From positions 193,397-257,396 of the forward strand of contig CP140038.1 of the NCBI GenBank assembly GCA_039830035.1: a DNA stretch of 64,000 nucleotides. The letters are read 5' to 3'. Shown here piece by piece: positions 33,113 through 43,442 of the stretch (positions are counted from its first letter, which is position 1; each line of letters starts with the position of its first letter). Both the position numbers and the translations under genes were made by a program. The notes under the pieces are model-generated. The model was given only the letters and a program-made list of their open reading frames with translations, did not search any database and was not told where the DNA came from. The DNA is from Buchnera aphidicola (Meitanaphis flavogallis). Its GTDB lineage: Bacteria; Pseudomonadota; Gammaproteobacteria; Enterobacterales; Enterobacteriaceae.

Positions 33113-34279
33113 TCATTTAGGTTTTTTTCTTAAAAAAGTTGGAATATCTAAGTAATCAATATCATTGTTTTGCAATAATTTTTCAGGTTCATGGTTTATT
33201 TTTTCTTTTTTAGATTTTCTGATATATTTATTAGTGTCTGAAAGTTCGTATTGTTTTTTTTCATGATTAAACAGTGATTTTTTTGGATATGTGTGTGTTG
33301 AGAGATATAGATCTATAGATGTTGTTTCCATTCCAATCCCTGTTGCAACTACTGTTACTCGAAGGTTATCGTCCATTTCAGTATCTAGTGATGTACCAAT
33401 TACTACAGTAGCATTATCTGAAGAAAAAGATCGAATAGTGTTTCCCACAGCTTCGAATTCATCTAATCTCATATTAAATCCAGAAGTAATATTTACTAAT
33501 ACTCCTTGAGCACCAGATAAATCAATGTCTTCTAATAATGGACTAGAAATAGCAATCTCTGCTGCTTCTTTAGCTCTATTTTCTCCAGAAGAAATTCCAG
33601 TTCCCATCATAGCGTACCCCATTTCGGACATAACAGTACGTATATCAGCAAAATCTACATTAATTAATCCAGGTTTAGTGATTAATTCTGCTATTCCTTG
33701 CACCGCTCCTTTTAATATATTATTTGCTGAGCTAAATGCATCTAATAAAGAAATACCTTTATTCAATACTTTTAGTAATTTATCGTTTGGAATAGTAATC
33801 AGTGAATCAACGTGTTTTGACAATTCTATTATACCCTGATCAGCATAAGCCATTCTTTTTTTTCCTTCAAAATTGAAAGGTTTTGTTACTACAGCAACTG
33901 TTAATATTCCTAATTCTTTTGTTATTTCTGCAATTACTGGAGCAGCTCCTGTACCTGTTCCGCCACCCATACCAGCTGCTATAAACACCATATCTGCACC
34001 TTCTAATACTAACTTTAAGTTTTCTCTGTCTTCTTCAGCTGCATTTCGTCCTATTGTTGGGTTAGCTCCAGCTCCTAGTCCTTTGGTTATATGACTTCCG
34101 ATTTGTATAGTTTTCCCAACTTCTATTTTTCTTAACGCTTGTGTATCTGTATTGATAGCAAAAAATTCTACTCCTTCAATATGTTCTTTAACCATGTATT
34201 CTACTGCATTACCTCCTCCTCCTCCTATTCCAACTACTCTAATAATTGCATCATTATTGTTTTCTATAGGTTCAAACAT
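33113..34279 (-). CDS. ftsZ: Cell division GTPase FtsZ
   Basis: [42 protein letters not shown], and the C-terminal [12 protein letters not shown] peptide. An alternative upstream ATG at 34309 overlaps the ftsA stop as TAATG. Confidence 0.95.
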   Translation of the reverse strand: MFEPIENNNDAIIRVVGIGGGGGNAVEYMVKEHIEGVEFFAINTDTQALRKIEVGKTIQIGSHITKGLGAGANPTIGRNAAEEDRENLKLVLEGADMVFIAAGMGGGTGTGAAPVIAEITKELGILTVAVVTKPFNFEGKKRMAYADQGIIELSKHVDSLITIPNDKLLKVLNKGISLLDAFSSANNILKGAVQGIAELITKPGLINVDFADIRTVMSEMGYAMMGTGISSGENRAKEAAEIAISSPLLEDIDLSGAQGVLVNITSGFNMRLDEFEAVGNTIRSFSSDNATVVIGTSLDTEMDDNLRVTVVATGIGMETTSIDLYLSTHTYPKKSLFNHEKKQYELSDTNKYIRKSKKEKINHEPEKLLQNNDIDYLDIPTFLRKKPK

Positions 34280-34308
34280 AAGTTTATATCCATTATCTTT
34301 AGGTATCA

Positions 34309-35565
34309 TTATAGTTCTTTTTTTATCCAGTTATTAACGTACTGAAACCATTTTTTAAAAATATTTTTAGATTCATAGTTTTTTTTATAATTTTTAATGT
34401 GTTCTTTTCCATAGTATAATAATCCTACTGCAGTAGCACAGTTTGTTTCTTCAATGTTGTTTACTAGGCTACTAATTTTTTTTGGTTTACCTATTCTTAT
34501 TGGTATTGTAAAAATTTTTTTAGCGTTTTCTTTAAGATATTTAATGTTGGAAGCTCCACCAGTAAATACTATTCCTGCTCCAAAATTATAATGGTTATTA
34601 GATTTTTTAAGTATCTCTTGTACATTTAAAATTTGTTTATTTATTAAGTTTAATAATTCTGTATATCGTGGTTCAATAACGTCTATCAGAGTGCTTTTTT
34701 TAAATGTTTTAATTAATTTATTATTGGTATTAGATATTTCAATTTGTTCACACTTTTTTGTATTAGAAAGTATGTCAGCCTGCCCGTATTGAATTTTTAT
34801 TGTTTCAGCTTTTATAAAGGGAATATTAAATGCATAAGATATATCATTGGTTACAGTATTTCCAGCGTATGGAATAACACAACTATGTTGTAATACTCCA
34901 TTGGTGTACATAGCGATATCTATTGTTCCGCTACCGATATCTGCTATACAAACTCCCATTTGATATTCATCTTTTGTTAATATTGCTTTTCCAGAAGCTA
35001 GCCCTGAAAAAATAGTATGGTTAACTTGTAGTCCGCATGTTTTTACTGCTTTAATGATATTTTTTTCTATTTCAGTATGACATGTAATTAAGTGAACTTG
35101 TGCTTTTATTCTTTTTCCAGATAATCCAATTGGATTTTTTATACCTACGTGTTGATCAATAGAATATTCTTGCGGAATAATATGTAAAATGTGATGTTCA
35201 TTACGTATTTGTACACATTTTGCTGTGTGTATTACGTTGTTTACATCTTCAATTGTTACTTCATTTTCAGATATAGGAACAATGCCTATTTCGTTTTGAC
35301 AGTTAATATATTTGTTAGATAAAGCTAAATATACGGAAGAGATTTTACAATCAGCCATACTTTCAGCTTGGTTGACAGATTTTTTAATACATTTTATAAT
35401 TGATTTCAAATCATTAATGATACCCTTTTGTATTCCGTATGAAGGACAAATTCCTATTCCAATAACATTAATTATACCATCTATGAGTATTTCTCCTACT
35501 AAAGTAATTACTTTGGTAGTTCCAATTTCAAGTCCAACTATTAAATTTCTATCTCTTTCTTTCAT
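34309..35565 (-). CDS. ftsA: Cell division protein FtsA
   Basis: 418 aa actin-like ATPase ([30 protein letters not shown]). Confidence 0.94.
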   Translation of the reverse strand: MKERDRNLIVGLEIGTTKVITLVGEILIDGIINVIGIGICPSYGIQKGIINDLKSIIKCIKKSVNQAESMADCKISSVYLALSNKYINCQNEIGIVPISENEVTIEDVNNVIHTAKCVQIRNEHHILHIIPQEYSIDQHVGIKNPIGLSGKRIKAQVHLITCHTEIEKNIIKAVKTCGLQVNHTIFSGLASGKAILTKDEYQMGVCIADIGSGTIDIAMYTNGVLQHSCVIPYAGNTVTNDISYAFNIPFIKAETIKIQYGQADILSNTKKCEQIEISNTNNKLIKTFKKSTLIDVIEPRYTELLNLINKQILNVQEILKKSNNHYNFGAGIVFTGGASNIKYLKENAKKIFTIPIRIGKPKKISSLVNNIEETNCATAVGLLYYGKEHIKNYKKNYESKNIFKKWFQYVNNWIKKEL

Positions 35566-35586
35566 GTTTGTTTTAGCCTGTATTCA

Positions 35587-36306
35587 TTATTTCCATGCTA
35601 TTGCTATACCTGATTCATATCGTAAATCGATGTATTTTATTTTTTTTCTTTTGATTTTTTCTTCATATTTTAAAGTTTTCCAAATCATCATTAATTTTTT
35701 TAATTGAATAATATTATTTATTTTTCCTAGAGCTATTTCAATGTTGTTTTCAATTAATAGTTTCCATGAATGATAAGGTGTTATCGTAATAGATCTCAAT
35801 ATAACGTTATTTTTATTTAGTACATTTTTTATTTTTTCGTAATTTTTTAAAATTTCTTTTTCGCTATTTTTTGGTCCATAAAAATATGGAATGTTTTTAA
35901 TACTTTGTTTTTTTTTTATAATATGAGATATAATTTCTTTTTTATCTAATATATATTTGTCGTTCCAATATGCTACAGGAATAGTATTTACAATATGGAT
36001 TAGTAATGTATCTGGCCATTGTTTTTGAATTTTAATTTTTTTTATAAAAGTGAATTCTTTTAATTTATTTTTTATAAAAAAATTACATGGGAAAAAAAAA
36101 TTACATGAAGTTTTTAAGGATAAAATAAAATCTTTCATTTCTTTTCTATTTAAATAACTAAATTGTCCTGAAATTATAAAATGAGATAATTTTTTTTTAT
36201 ACCATTGTTTAGATAATTTTATAATTATGAGACTATTAAGTATTATAAAAACAATTAAAGATAATATTATAGTATATCTTAATAAGACTAGTTTTTTTTT
36301 TGACAT
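35587..36306 (-). CDS. ftsQ: Cell division protein FtsQ
   Basis: 239 aa ORF with an N-terminal transmembrane helix and a POTRA region. QKQWPDTLLIHIVNTIPVAYWND aligns with E. coli [20 protein letters not shown]. Its position between ddlB and ftsA also fits. Confidence 0.85.
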   Translation of the reverse strand: MSKKKLVLLRYTIILSLIVFIILNSLIIIKLSKQWYKKKLSHFIISGQFSYLNRKEMKDFILSLKTSCNFFFPCNFFIKNKLKEFTFIKKIKIQKQWPDTLLIHIVNTIPVAYWNDKYILDKKEIISHIIKKKQSIKNIPYFYGPKNSEKEILKNYEKIKNVLNKNNVILRSITITPYHSWKLLIENNIEIALGKINNIIQLKKLMMIWKTLKYEEKIKRKKIKYIDLRYESGIAIAWK

Positions 36307-36347
36307 AATATATATTCGTTTTATGCATAGTTTGGTTTTAAATGTTT

Positions 36348-37268
36348 TTAATTAGCTGATTGTAAAATTTTTAAAATTAACAATTTTAAGGATATTCCAG
36401 CATTTTTAGCAGCTATAGGCATTAAGCTATTTTTAGTCATTCCAGGACACGTATTCATTTCTAATAACCAAAATTTCTCAGCACGATCCATGATTAAATC
36501 AATTCTTCCCCATCCTGTGCATCCAAGGGTATTCCAAGCTATTTTTATTATTTTATTTAATTCTATTTCTTTGTTTCTTTTTAATCCACTTGGACAAAAA
36601 TATTTTGTGTTTTTAGATATATATTTAGATTCGTAATCGTAAAAGTCGTTATTTGAAGATATACGAATAGATGGAAGGATTTTGTTTTCTAAAATTCCTA
36701 CAGAATATTCTGATCCGTATATAAATTTTTCTATGAGTATGTTATTGTCATATTGAAATGCTATCTTACATGCATGATGTAAACATTGATACGAGTGAAC
36801 TAGTGATATTCCGATACTAGATCCTTCAGTGTTAGGTTTAACAATTATAGGTAATCCTAACATAAGAATTTTTTTTCTAAGGTCTTTTTCAGTTATTGTT
36901 TGAAATTTTTTGATATTAATAAAATAACAAGGAACTACAGGTAAATTAGCTCCTTTCCATAGTAATTTGGTTTTTATTTTATCAATTGAAATTGCTGATG
37001 GTAAAATTTTACTTCCTGTATATGCAATTTTTAGATAAGTTAATAATCCTTGTATAGTTCCATCTTCACCTTCCTTTCCATGAAGAGCAATAAATGCTTT
37101 TTTAAATCCCTGATTTGGTAATTGGGTAATAGGAAAGTATTTTGTATCTATGGGATATGCATTTATTTTAGATTTAAATAGATATTTTAATATATTTTCT
37201 CCAGATAATAAGGATATATTTCTTTCTTGCGATGTACCACCAAATAATACGGCTACTTTTTCAATCAT
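36348..37268 (-). CDS. ddlB: D-alanine--D-alanine ligase
   Basis: 306 aa ORF with VAVLFGGTSQERNISLLSG, ALHGKEGEDGTIQGLL and LEMNTCPGMT motifs. Confidence 0.94.
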   Translation of the reverse strand: MIEKVAVLFGGTSQERNISLLSGENILKYLFKSKINAYPIDTKYFPITQLPNQGFKKAFIALHGKEGEDGTIQGLLTYLKIAYTGSKILPSAISIDKIKTKLLWKGANLPVVPCYFINIKKFQTITEKDLRKKILMLGLPIIVKPNTEGSSIGISLVHSYQCLHHACKIAFQYDNNILIEKFIYGSEYSVGILENKILPSIRISSNNDFYDYESKYISKNTKYFCPSGLKRNKEIELNKIIKIAWNTLGCTGWGRIDLIMDRAEKFWLLEMNTCPGMTKNSLMPIAAKNAGISLKLLILKILQSAN

Positions 37269-37273
37269 AATAA

Positions 37274-38719
37274 TTATTTCTTGTTTATTTTTTTAAGTTT
37301 TTTAATAACGTAATTATCTATTATAATGTGTATATTGCCAGCACCTTGTATTAAGAGTACATTGTTTTCTGATAGTTTTTTAACTAATGTTTTGAATATT
37401 TCATTATAATTAGATATTAATGTTACTGATGTTTTTCCACACTTTTTTAGTTCGTTATATAAATCCAAACTATTTGATCCTGAGATGGGATTTTCGTTAG
37501 CTGAGTAAACGTTTAAAAGTAATAATTCATCGATTTTAAGTAGCACTTTTTTAAATTGTTTAAATAGATAATAAGTTCTTGTGTACCTATGAGGTTGAAA
37601 AATCATCACTAATTTTTTATTTGGCCATCCTAATTTAACAGTGTTAATGCTAGCTAAAATTTCGTTAGGATGATGTCCATAATCTTGAATAATGGTAATA
37701 ATATTATGTTCATTAGACGCATTGTATGCTAAAAATTTTCCGCATAGTTCGAATCTCTGTTTAACTCCTTTGAAAGTTTTTAGTGATTCGAGAATATTAA
37801 TGTCACTAATATTTTTTTGAGTAGCGACTGCTATTGCTGCTGCTGCATTGAGAGCGTTATGTTTTCCAGGTATATTCAAAGTTATATTCAAGTTAAGTCG
37901 ATGTTTTCTGATTATTTTAAAATAACTAGAAAATTTTTTTTGTGTGTACTTTTTTATTCGTATGTCAGATTTTATGTGAAATCCATAAGTAATAACATTA
38001 CAACGTATTAATGGAATGATTTTTCTTATGTTTTTATCATCAAAACATATGATAGCTGTTCCGTTAAATGGAAGATTTTGAATAAATTTAATAAATGCTA
38101 GTTTAATATTATTAAATGTTTTGCAATAATTGTCTAGATGATCATTGTCAATGTTTGTTACTACAGCAACAATTGGTCTTAAATATAAAAAAGAAGCATC
38201 GCTTTCGTCTGCTTCTACAATGTAATAAGGGCTTTTTCCTAGTCTAGTATTACTGTTTATTTCTCTTACGTGCCCTCCATTAATGAGAGTCGGATCTAGA
38301 TTACTTTTAAAAAATATGCTGAAAATGATTGCAGAAGTAGTAGTTTTTCCATGTGTTCCAGATACTGCTATTCCATATTTGTATCGTATTATTTCTGCAA
38401 GAATTTTACCTCTTTTTATAACAGGAATATTCAAACTTTTAGCTTGAACGATTTCAGGATTATACGGTGGAATTGCGCTTGATATTACTATTATGTTTGC
38501 ATTTTTAATATTACATTTAGAATGATTAAAAAATATTTTAGCACCTAATTTTTGCAATTTTTTGGTAATATCACTTGATTTCAAATCAGAACCACTTATT
38601 ATGTAGCCGTTTTTTAGTAACGTTTCGGCTATTCCACTCATGCCTATACCACCTATTCCGATAAAATGGATATGATTGACATAACGCGTCTTGGTATTAA
38701 GAAAATTTAGCTGTTTCAT
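37274..38719 (-). CDS. murC: UDP-N-acetylmuramate--L-alanine ligase
   Basis: 481 aa ORF with IHFIGIGGIGMSGIAE and GTHGKTTTSA motifs. Confidence 0.94.
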   Translation of the reverse strand: MKQLNFLNTKTRYVNHIHFIGIGGIGMSGIAETLLKNGYIISGSDLKSSDITKKLQKLGAKIFFNHSKCNIKNANIIVISSAIPPYNPEIVQAKSLNIPVIKRGKILAEIIRYKYGIAVSGTHGKTTTSAIIFSIFFKSNLDPTLINGGHVREINSNTRLGKSPYYIVEADESDASFLYLRPIVAVVTNIDNDHLDNYCKTFNNIKLAFIKFIQNLPFNGTAIICFDDKNIRKIIPLIRCNVITYGFHIKSDIRIKKYTQKKFSSYFKIIRKHRLNLNITLNIPGKHNALNAAAAIAVATQKNISDINILESLKTFKGVKQRFELCGKFLAYNASNEHNIITIIQDYGHHPNEILASINTVKLGWPNKKLVMIFQPHRYTRTYYLFKQFKKVLLKIDELLLLNVYSANENPISGSNSLDLYNELKKCGKTSVTLISNYNEIFKTLVKKLSENNVLLIQGAGNIHIIIDNYVIKKLKKINKK

Positions 38720-38787
38720 TCTACTGTTCTATAACGGTATTATATAAAAATTTTTTATAATTTCTTTTGATAAAAATGAACATGATG

Positions 38788-39849
38788 TTAGTGTATGCGC
38801 ATTGTACTTTCAATTATATCAATAATGTTTTTGACAGGATTAATTTTTGATGAGGAATATAATTTTTTTGCCATAATAGTTATTGTGTTTCGATCTATTT
38901 TGTTTAATATATTAATTATTTTATTAGTACTTAGTAGATCTTGTTCTACTATTATAGCTCCTCCTTGTAATTGTAGTGGATAAGCATTCCAATATTGATG
39001 TTTATCTTTGTGAGGAAAAGGAATAAATATGGCTGGAAGTCCAATGTACTCCAATTCACTTACTGTAAGAGCACCGGAGCGACAAATAGTTAGGTCAGCC
39101 CAGTTATATGCTTCTGCTATATTTTCTATGAAAGAAGTAATTTTATATGGATGTAATTTAAATTTTTTGTAATTGTTTAATGTAAACTGTTTATTTTTTT
39201 TTCCGACTTGGTGCCAAATTATAATTTTTTTCTTTAATTTATGTGCTATTTCAGGTAGCATGGAGTTGAGTGTTTGAGCTCCTTGACTTCCTCCAATAAC
39301 TAATATTCTAAGTGGACCGGTTCTATCTTTAAAACGACAAGTAGGGTTGGGTAGATTTATAATCTCTTTTCTTAATGGATTACCTACTGTAATGGCGTTT
39401 AGTTTTGTTTCTGGAAACGCTTGCATAATTTTAGTTGACAATCGAGACAATATTTTGTTAGATAGCCCCATGACTCTATTTTGTTCGTGGATCAATAGTG
39501 GTATTCTAAAAAAAATAGACATTAAGCCACCAGGAAGAGATATATATCCCCCCATTCCTAGTATTATATTGGGTTTCAGTTGTTTTATAATTATCGTAGT
39601 TTTGTAGCAGGAATGCAATAATTGAAAAAAAAACTTTGTCATGCTAAAAATATTTTTTTTAATTACATTTATATTAATAAATTTAATAGGAATGTGGTTC
39701 TTTAGAATGATTTTGGCTTCAATACGATTAGGTGTACCTATCCAAAATACATCCCATTCTTTTTTTATTAATGTATTAGCAATTATTAGTCCAGGTAGAA
39801 TATGTCCGCAAGTGCCGCCTGCCATAATTATTATCGTTTTTTTCCTCAT
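38788..39849 (-). CDS. murG: Undecaprenyldiphospho-muramoylpentapeptide beta-N-acetylglucosaminyltransferase
   Basis: Carries the MAGGTCGHILPG motif. I prefer ATG 39849, which overlaps the ftsW stop as TAATG; the track starts at TTG 39864. Confidence 0.93.
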   Translation of the reverse strand: MRKKTIIIMAGGTCGHILPGLIIANTLIKKEWDVFWIGTPNRIEAKIILKNHIPIKFININVIKKNIFSMTKFFFQLLHSCYKTTIIIKQLKPNIILGMGGYISLPGGLMSIFFRIPLLIHEQNRVMGLSNKILSRLSTKIMQAFPETKLNAITVGNPLRKEIINLPNPTCRFKDRTGPLRILVIGGSQGAQTLNSMLPEIAHKLKKKIIIWHQVGKKNKQFTLNNYKKFKLHPYKITSFIENIAEAYNWADLTICRSGALTVSELEYIGLPAIFIPFPHKDKHQYWNAYPLQLQGGAIIVEQDLLSTNKIINILNKIDRNTITIMAKKLYSSSKINPVKNIIDIIESTMRIH

Positions 39850-41033
39850 TACAAACCTTGACAAAATTTATTTTTTATTCTTGTTTCAAAGTCTATACGT
39901 AATAATATAGAAATAGCAATAGAAATAATTAATAAACTGGATCCACCATAACTAATGAGTGGTAATGTTAATCCTTTAGTTGGTAATATTCCCACAGTAG
40001 TACCTATGTTAATTAACGTTTGAGATACTAGCCATATTCCAATTGAAAAAGCAAAATAACCGGAAAAAAAATCGTTGTTTTTTAATGCGTTTTTTCCGAT
40101 ATTTATTGCCTTAAAAGAAATAAATAATATCATAGATAATATGATACAAACTCCACAATATCCTAATTCTTCTCCAATAATTGAGAAAATAAAATCAGTA
40201 TGCGCTTCAGGTAAATATTCTAATTTTTGAATAGAATGTCCTAAACCTACTCCAAAAAAATTTCCTCTACCTAAAGCCATCAATGATTGTGTGAGTTGAT
40301 AACCTTTTCCAAATGGATCTTTCCAAGGATTCCAAAATGATAATATTCGTTCACTACGATAAGGTGTAATTATTATTAATAGGATAGTAGTAATGATCCC
40401 TAAAAGTACAATAGGTATAAATTTCCAAATTTGGACTCCTGAAACAAACAATAAAGATAATACAGTTATGAAATATATAGCTACCGTTCCTAAATCAGGT
40501 TCTGTTAATAATAATATCGATATAATACTTATTATTCCTAAAGGTTTTAAAAAACTCCAAAAACTATTCATGATTTCATAACGTTTTTGTGATAAATAAT
40601 TTGATAAATAACAAAAAACAGTAAGTTTAGATAGTTCTCCGGGTTGTATATGTATGAAACTTATTTTTATCCATCTAAAAGAACCATTAATAGGAGTACT
40701 TATTATTAACACGAGTAGTAACATAATGATAGAAATTAAAAGCATTTTGGTACTATAAATTTTCCAAAACATGATAGGAGTTTTAAGAAATATTTTAGTT
40801 AAAAAAAGAACTAATATTAAATATATTATTTCTTTTTTCGTAAAAAATAATAAATCTCCATATATATGACTAGCTATTGGTATAGAAGCAGAAGTTACCA
40901 TAATTAATCCGATTAATAGTAAACTTATAGTACACCATACTAACTGAGAATCGTATAATTTTGGTTCGTAGTGCGTTTTATTTTTTTTTAAAATTTTTTT
41001 TACTGTGTTTAATAATAAATACTTTATTTTCAT
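39849..41033 (-). CDS. ftsW: Peptidoglycan glycosyltransferase / lipid II flippase FtsW (SEDS family)
   Basis: 394 aa polytopic membrane protein (FQPGELSKL-like IQPGELSKL, PEAHTDFIFSIIGEELG, LPLISYGGSS). Its start overlaps the murD stop as ATGA. Confidence 0.93.
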   Translation of the reverse strand: MKIKYLLLNTVKKILKKNKTHYEPKLYDSQLVWCTISLLLIGLIMVTSASIPIASHIYGDLLFFTKKEIIYLILVLFLTKIFLKTPIMFWKIYSTKMLLISIIMLLLVLIISTPINGSFRWIKISFIHIQPGELSKLTVFCYLSNYLSQKRYEIMNSFWSFLKPLGIISIISILLLTEPDLGTVAIYFITVLSLLFVSGVQIWKFIPIVLLGIITTILLIIITPYRSERILSFWNPWKDPFGKGYQLTQSLMALGRGNFFGVGLGHSIQKLEYLPEAHTDFIFSIIGEELGYCGVCIILSMILFISFKAINIGKNALKNNDFFSGYFAFSIGIWLVSQTLINIGTTVGILPTKGLTLPLISYGGSSLLIISIAISILLRIDFETRIKNKFCQGL

Positions 41034-42360
41034 GAATATAGTTCTTCTATTAACTTTACAAAAGTATTACCACGTTCTTCAAAATTAGAAAATTGATCTA
41101 AACTACTACAAGAAGGAGATAATAATACTACATCACCAGATTTTACTATGTTTTTTATAAAATGTATTACGTTTTCTAATGTATTGAAACATATTGATTT
41201 TTTTGGATATAATGAGAAAAGTATTTTTTTACTTCTTCCATAACAATAAATAATTATTTTTTCATCTTTTAAATAAGGTTTTAATAAAGAAAAATTGGCT
41301 AATTTCCCATCTCCTCCTAATATTAATCTTATTTTCCCTTTTACATAAGGTAAAATATTGTTGATTGCTGATTGCGTACTTCCAATGTTTGTAGATTTAG
41401 AGTCATTAATCCATGTTATATTGTTTTTTTTATATGTTAGTTGAAATCTATGAGGTAATCCTAAAAATTCTTTTAATGCTACTAAGCTAGTGTAAATATT
41501 AACTTTTAAAATATGAACTATTGATAAAGCAGATAATGCATTAATATAATTATGTTGACCTGATATAAGTAATTTATCAACATTTAATAATTTTTCTTTG
41601 TTATAGCATAGCCATACATTACGATTTTTTCTACATAGATTATATTCTCCTTTATCAATTCCAAATGTAATGTTAGGTTGTTTTTTAATTTTCGCATTAA
41701 ATGATAAATGGTCTTCTAAATTTAAAATAGATACTTCGGCTTGATTATATATTTTTAACTTATGTTTGACATATTCTGTAATACCTAATGGATATCGATC
41801 CATATGATCTGAACTGATATTAAGTACAGTAGCAACTTTTGCTTTTAAATTCAAAGTAGTTTCTAGCTGAAAACTGGATAATTCTAATATGTATAATTCT
41901 GAGGGATCATTAAGTATATTTAATGCAGGAATTCCTATATTACCACCTACGCGTACTTTAAATCCAGCTAGTTGTAGTATATTTCTTACCATCATAGTCA
42001 CTGTACTTTTTCCATTTGAACCAGTAATAGCAATTATCGGGGTTTTGGTTTCTCTGACAAATAATTCAATATCTCCAATTATTTCAATTTTGTTTTTTTT
42101 GGCATATATTAACGCTGGATGAAATAATTGTATACCAGGACTTGTGATAATTAAATCGGATTCTTGAATCCATGGATAATATATTGAACCTACATGATAT
42201 TGTATATTTTTTAAACATTGTACATTATGGATGTATTTGGGATTTTTGTTAAAGTCCATAATTTTAGGATAAATATTTCGCGATATAAAAAAATGTAGAC
42301 AGGATATGCCTGTTAATCCCATTCCAAATATTAGTATTTTTTTTTATAATAATTATACAT
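41030..42360 (-). CDS. murD: UDP-N-acetylmuramoylalanine--D-glutamate ligase, with the frame broken at an A9 tract in codons 6-8
   Basis: The track ORF (41030-42322) starts mid-motif at MGLTGISC. Upstream in the same frame is KKILIFG, preceded by a stop. A different frame has ATG 42360 (MYNYYKKK), 2 nt after the mraY stop. Joined at A9, the sequence reads MYNYYKKKILIFGMGLTGISC, compare E. coli [21 protein letters not shown]. Confidence 0.85.
42337..42345 (-). repeat. A9 (sense-strand) homopolymer at the murD frameshift site
   Basis: Nine T on the plus strand, counted directly. One extra A restores the frame. Confidence 0.9.
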
Positions 42361-42362
42361 TT

Positions 42363-43442
42363 CTAATTGACCTTAAATATGAAAGAACATCCTAGCAACA
42401 TAAACACTAAAGATATAATCCAAAATCTTACTGCTATTTTTGGTTCTGGGCAACCTTTTAATTCGTAGTGATGATGAATAGGTGTCATTTTGAATATTCT
42501 TTTTTTCTTTAACTTAAAGTATGTAACTTGAATTATGACTGATATAGTTTCAAATATAAAAATTCCACTCATAATAAAAAATATTATTTCTTGGTGTAGT
42601 AGTATTGCTATTATTCCTATCACCCCTCCTAAAGGTAGAGACCCTACATCACCCATAAATATTTGTGCTGGATAGGCATTAAACCATAAAAATCCTAATC
42701 CTGATCCTATAACGGCTGAGCAAAGAATAGTTAATTCTGCAATACTAGGAATATATACAATATTAAAATGTGTTGAATGGTGTAAATTTCCAGAAATAAA
42801 TGATAGTAGATATAATCCTATAGTTATTAAGATGACAGGAACAATAGCTAACCCATCTAATCCGTCTGTTAAATTTACAGCGTTACTAAAACCTATCAAG
42901 ATAATATATGACAAAAATATATGTATTATACCTATGTTTATAACAATATTTTTTTGGATAGGGCATATTAATTGAATTATAAAATTGTTTTTATTGTTAT
43001 AATAAATTAAAATAATAACAAGAATAGTAATTATAGATAAAAAAAATAATTTCCATTGAGGTCGTAAACCTGTAGACGTGTTAAAGTAAATTTTTTTATA
43101 ATCATCTATGAATCCTACTATGCCAAATCCTATTAAAATCATTAGTGCATACCATATGTATATGTTTGATAAATTAGACCATAATAAAGTAGATATAATG
43201 ATAGAAGATAATATAAGTATTCCTCCCATAGTAGGTGTATATTTTTTGTTAATATGTATTTTAGGTCCATTACTTCGAATAGTTTGATACATTTGGTGTT
43301 TTTTTAAAAATTTGATTAGGTATGATCCTACTATTAGAGAAAAAAATAGTGACGTTAGTAAACTAATAATAGAACGATAAATTAAATATGATGTCTTATC
43401 AAAATTTGTGTGAAAATAGTATTTAATAATGAATTCAATCAT
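42363..43442 (-). CDS. mraY: Phospho-N-acetylmuramoyl-pentapeptide transferase
   Basis: MIEFIIKYY...TPTMGGILIL...NAVNLTDGLDGLA...GDVGSLPLGG motifs. ATG 43442 has GAGGAA 8 nt upstream. The track starts at TTG 43457. Confidence 0.94.
   Translation of the reverse strand: MIEFIIKYYFHTNFDKTSYLIYRSIISLLTSLFFSLIVGSYLIKFLKKHQMYQTIRSNGPKIHINKKYTPTMGGILILSSIIISTLLWSNLSNIYIWYALMILIGFGIVGFIDDYKKIYFNTSTGLRPQWKLFFLSIITILVIILIYYNNKNNFIIQLICPIQKNIVINIGIIHIFLSYIILIGFSNAVNLTDGLDGLAIVPVILITIGLYLLSFISGNLHHSTHFNIVYIPSIAELTILCSAVIGSGLGFLWFNAYPAQIFMGDVGSLPLGGVIGIIAILLHQEIIFFIMSGIFIFETISVIIQVTYFKLKKKRIFKMTPIHHHYELKGCPEPKIAVRFWIISLVFMLLGCSFIFKVN

Noticed and set aside
34279-34309. A ten-codon N-terminal extension of FtsZ ([10 protein letters not shown]), starting at an ATG that overlaps the ftsA stop as TAATG.
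   Set aside because: I do not use it as the primary call because the homologous FtsZ N-terminus (MFEP...) begins at 34279. The overlapping start cannot be excluded without N-terminal proteomics, so it is noted in the feature evidence instead.
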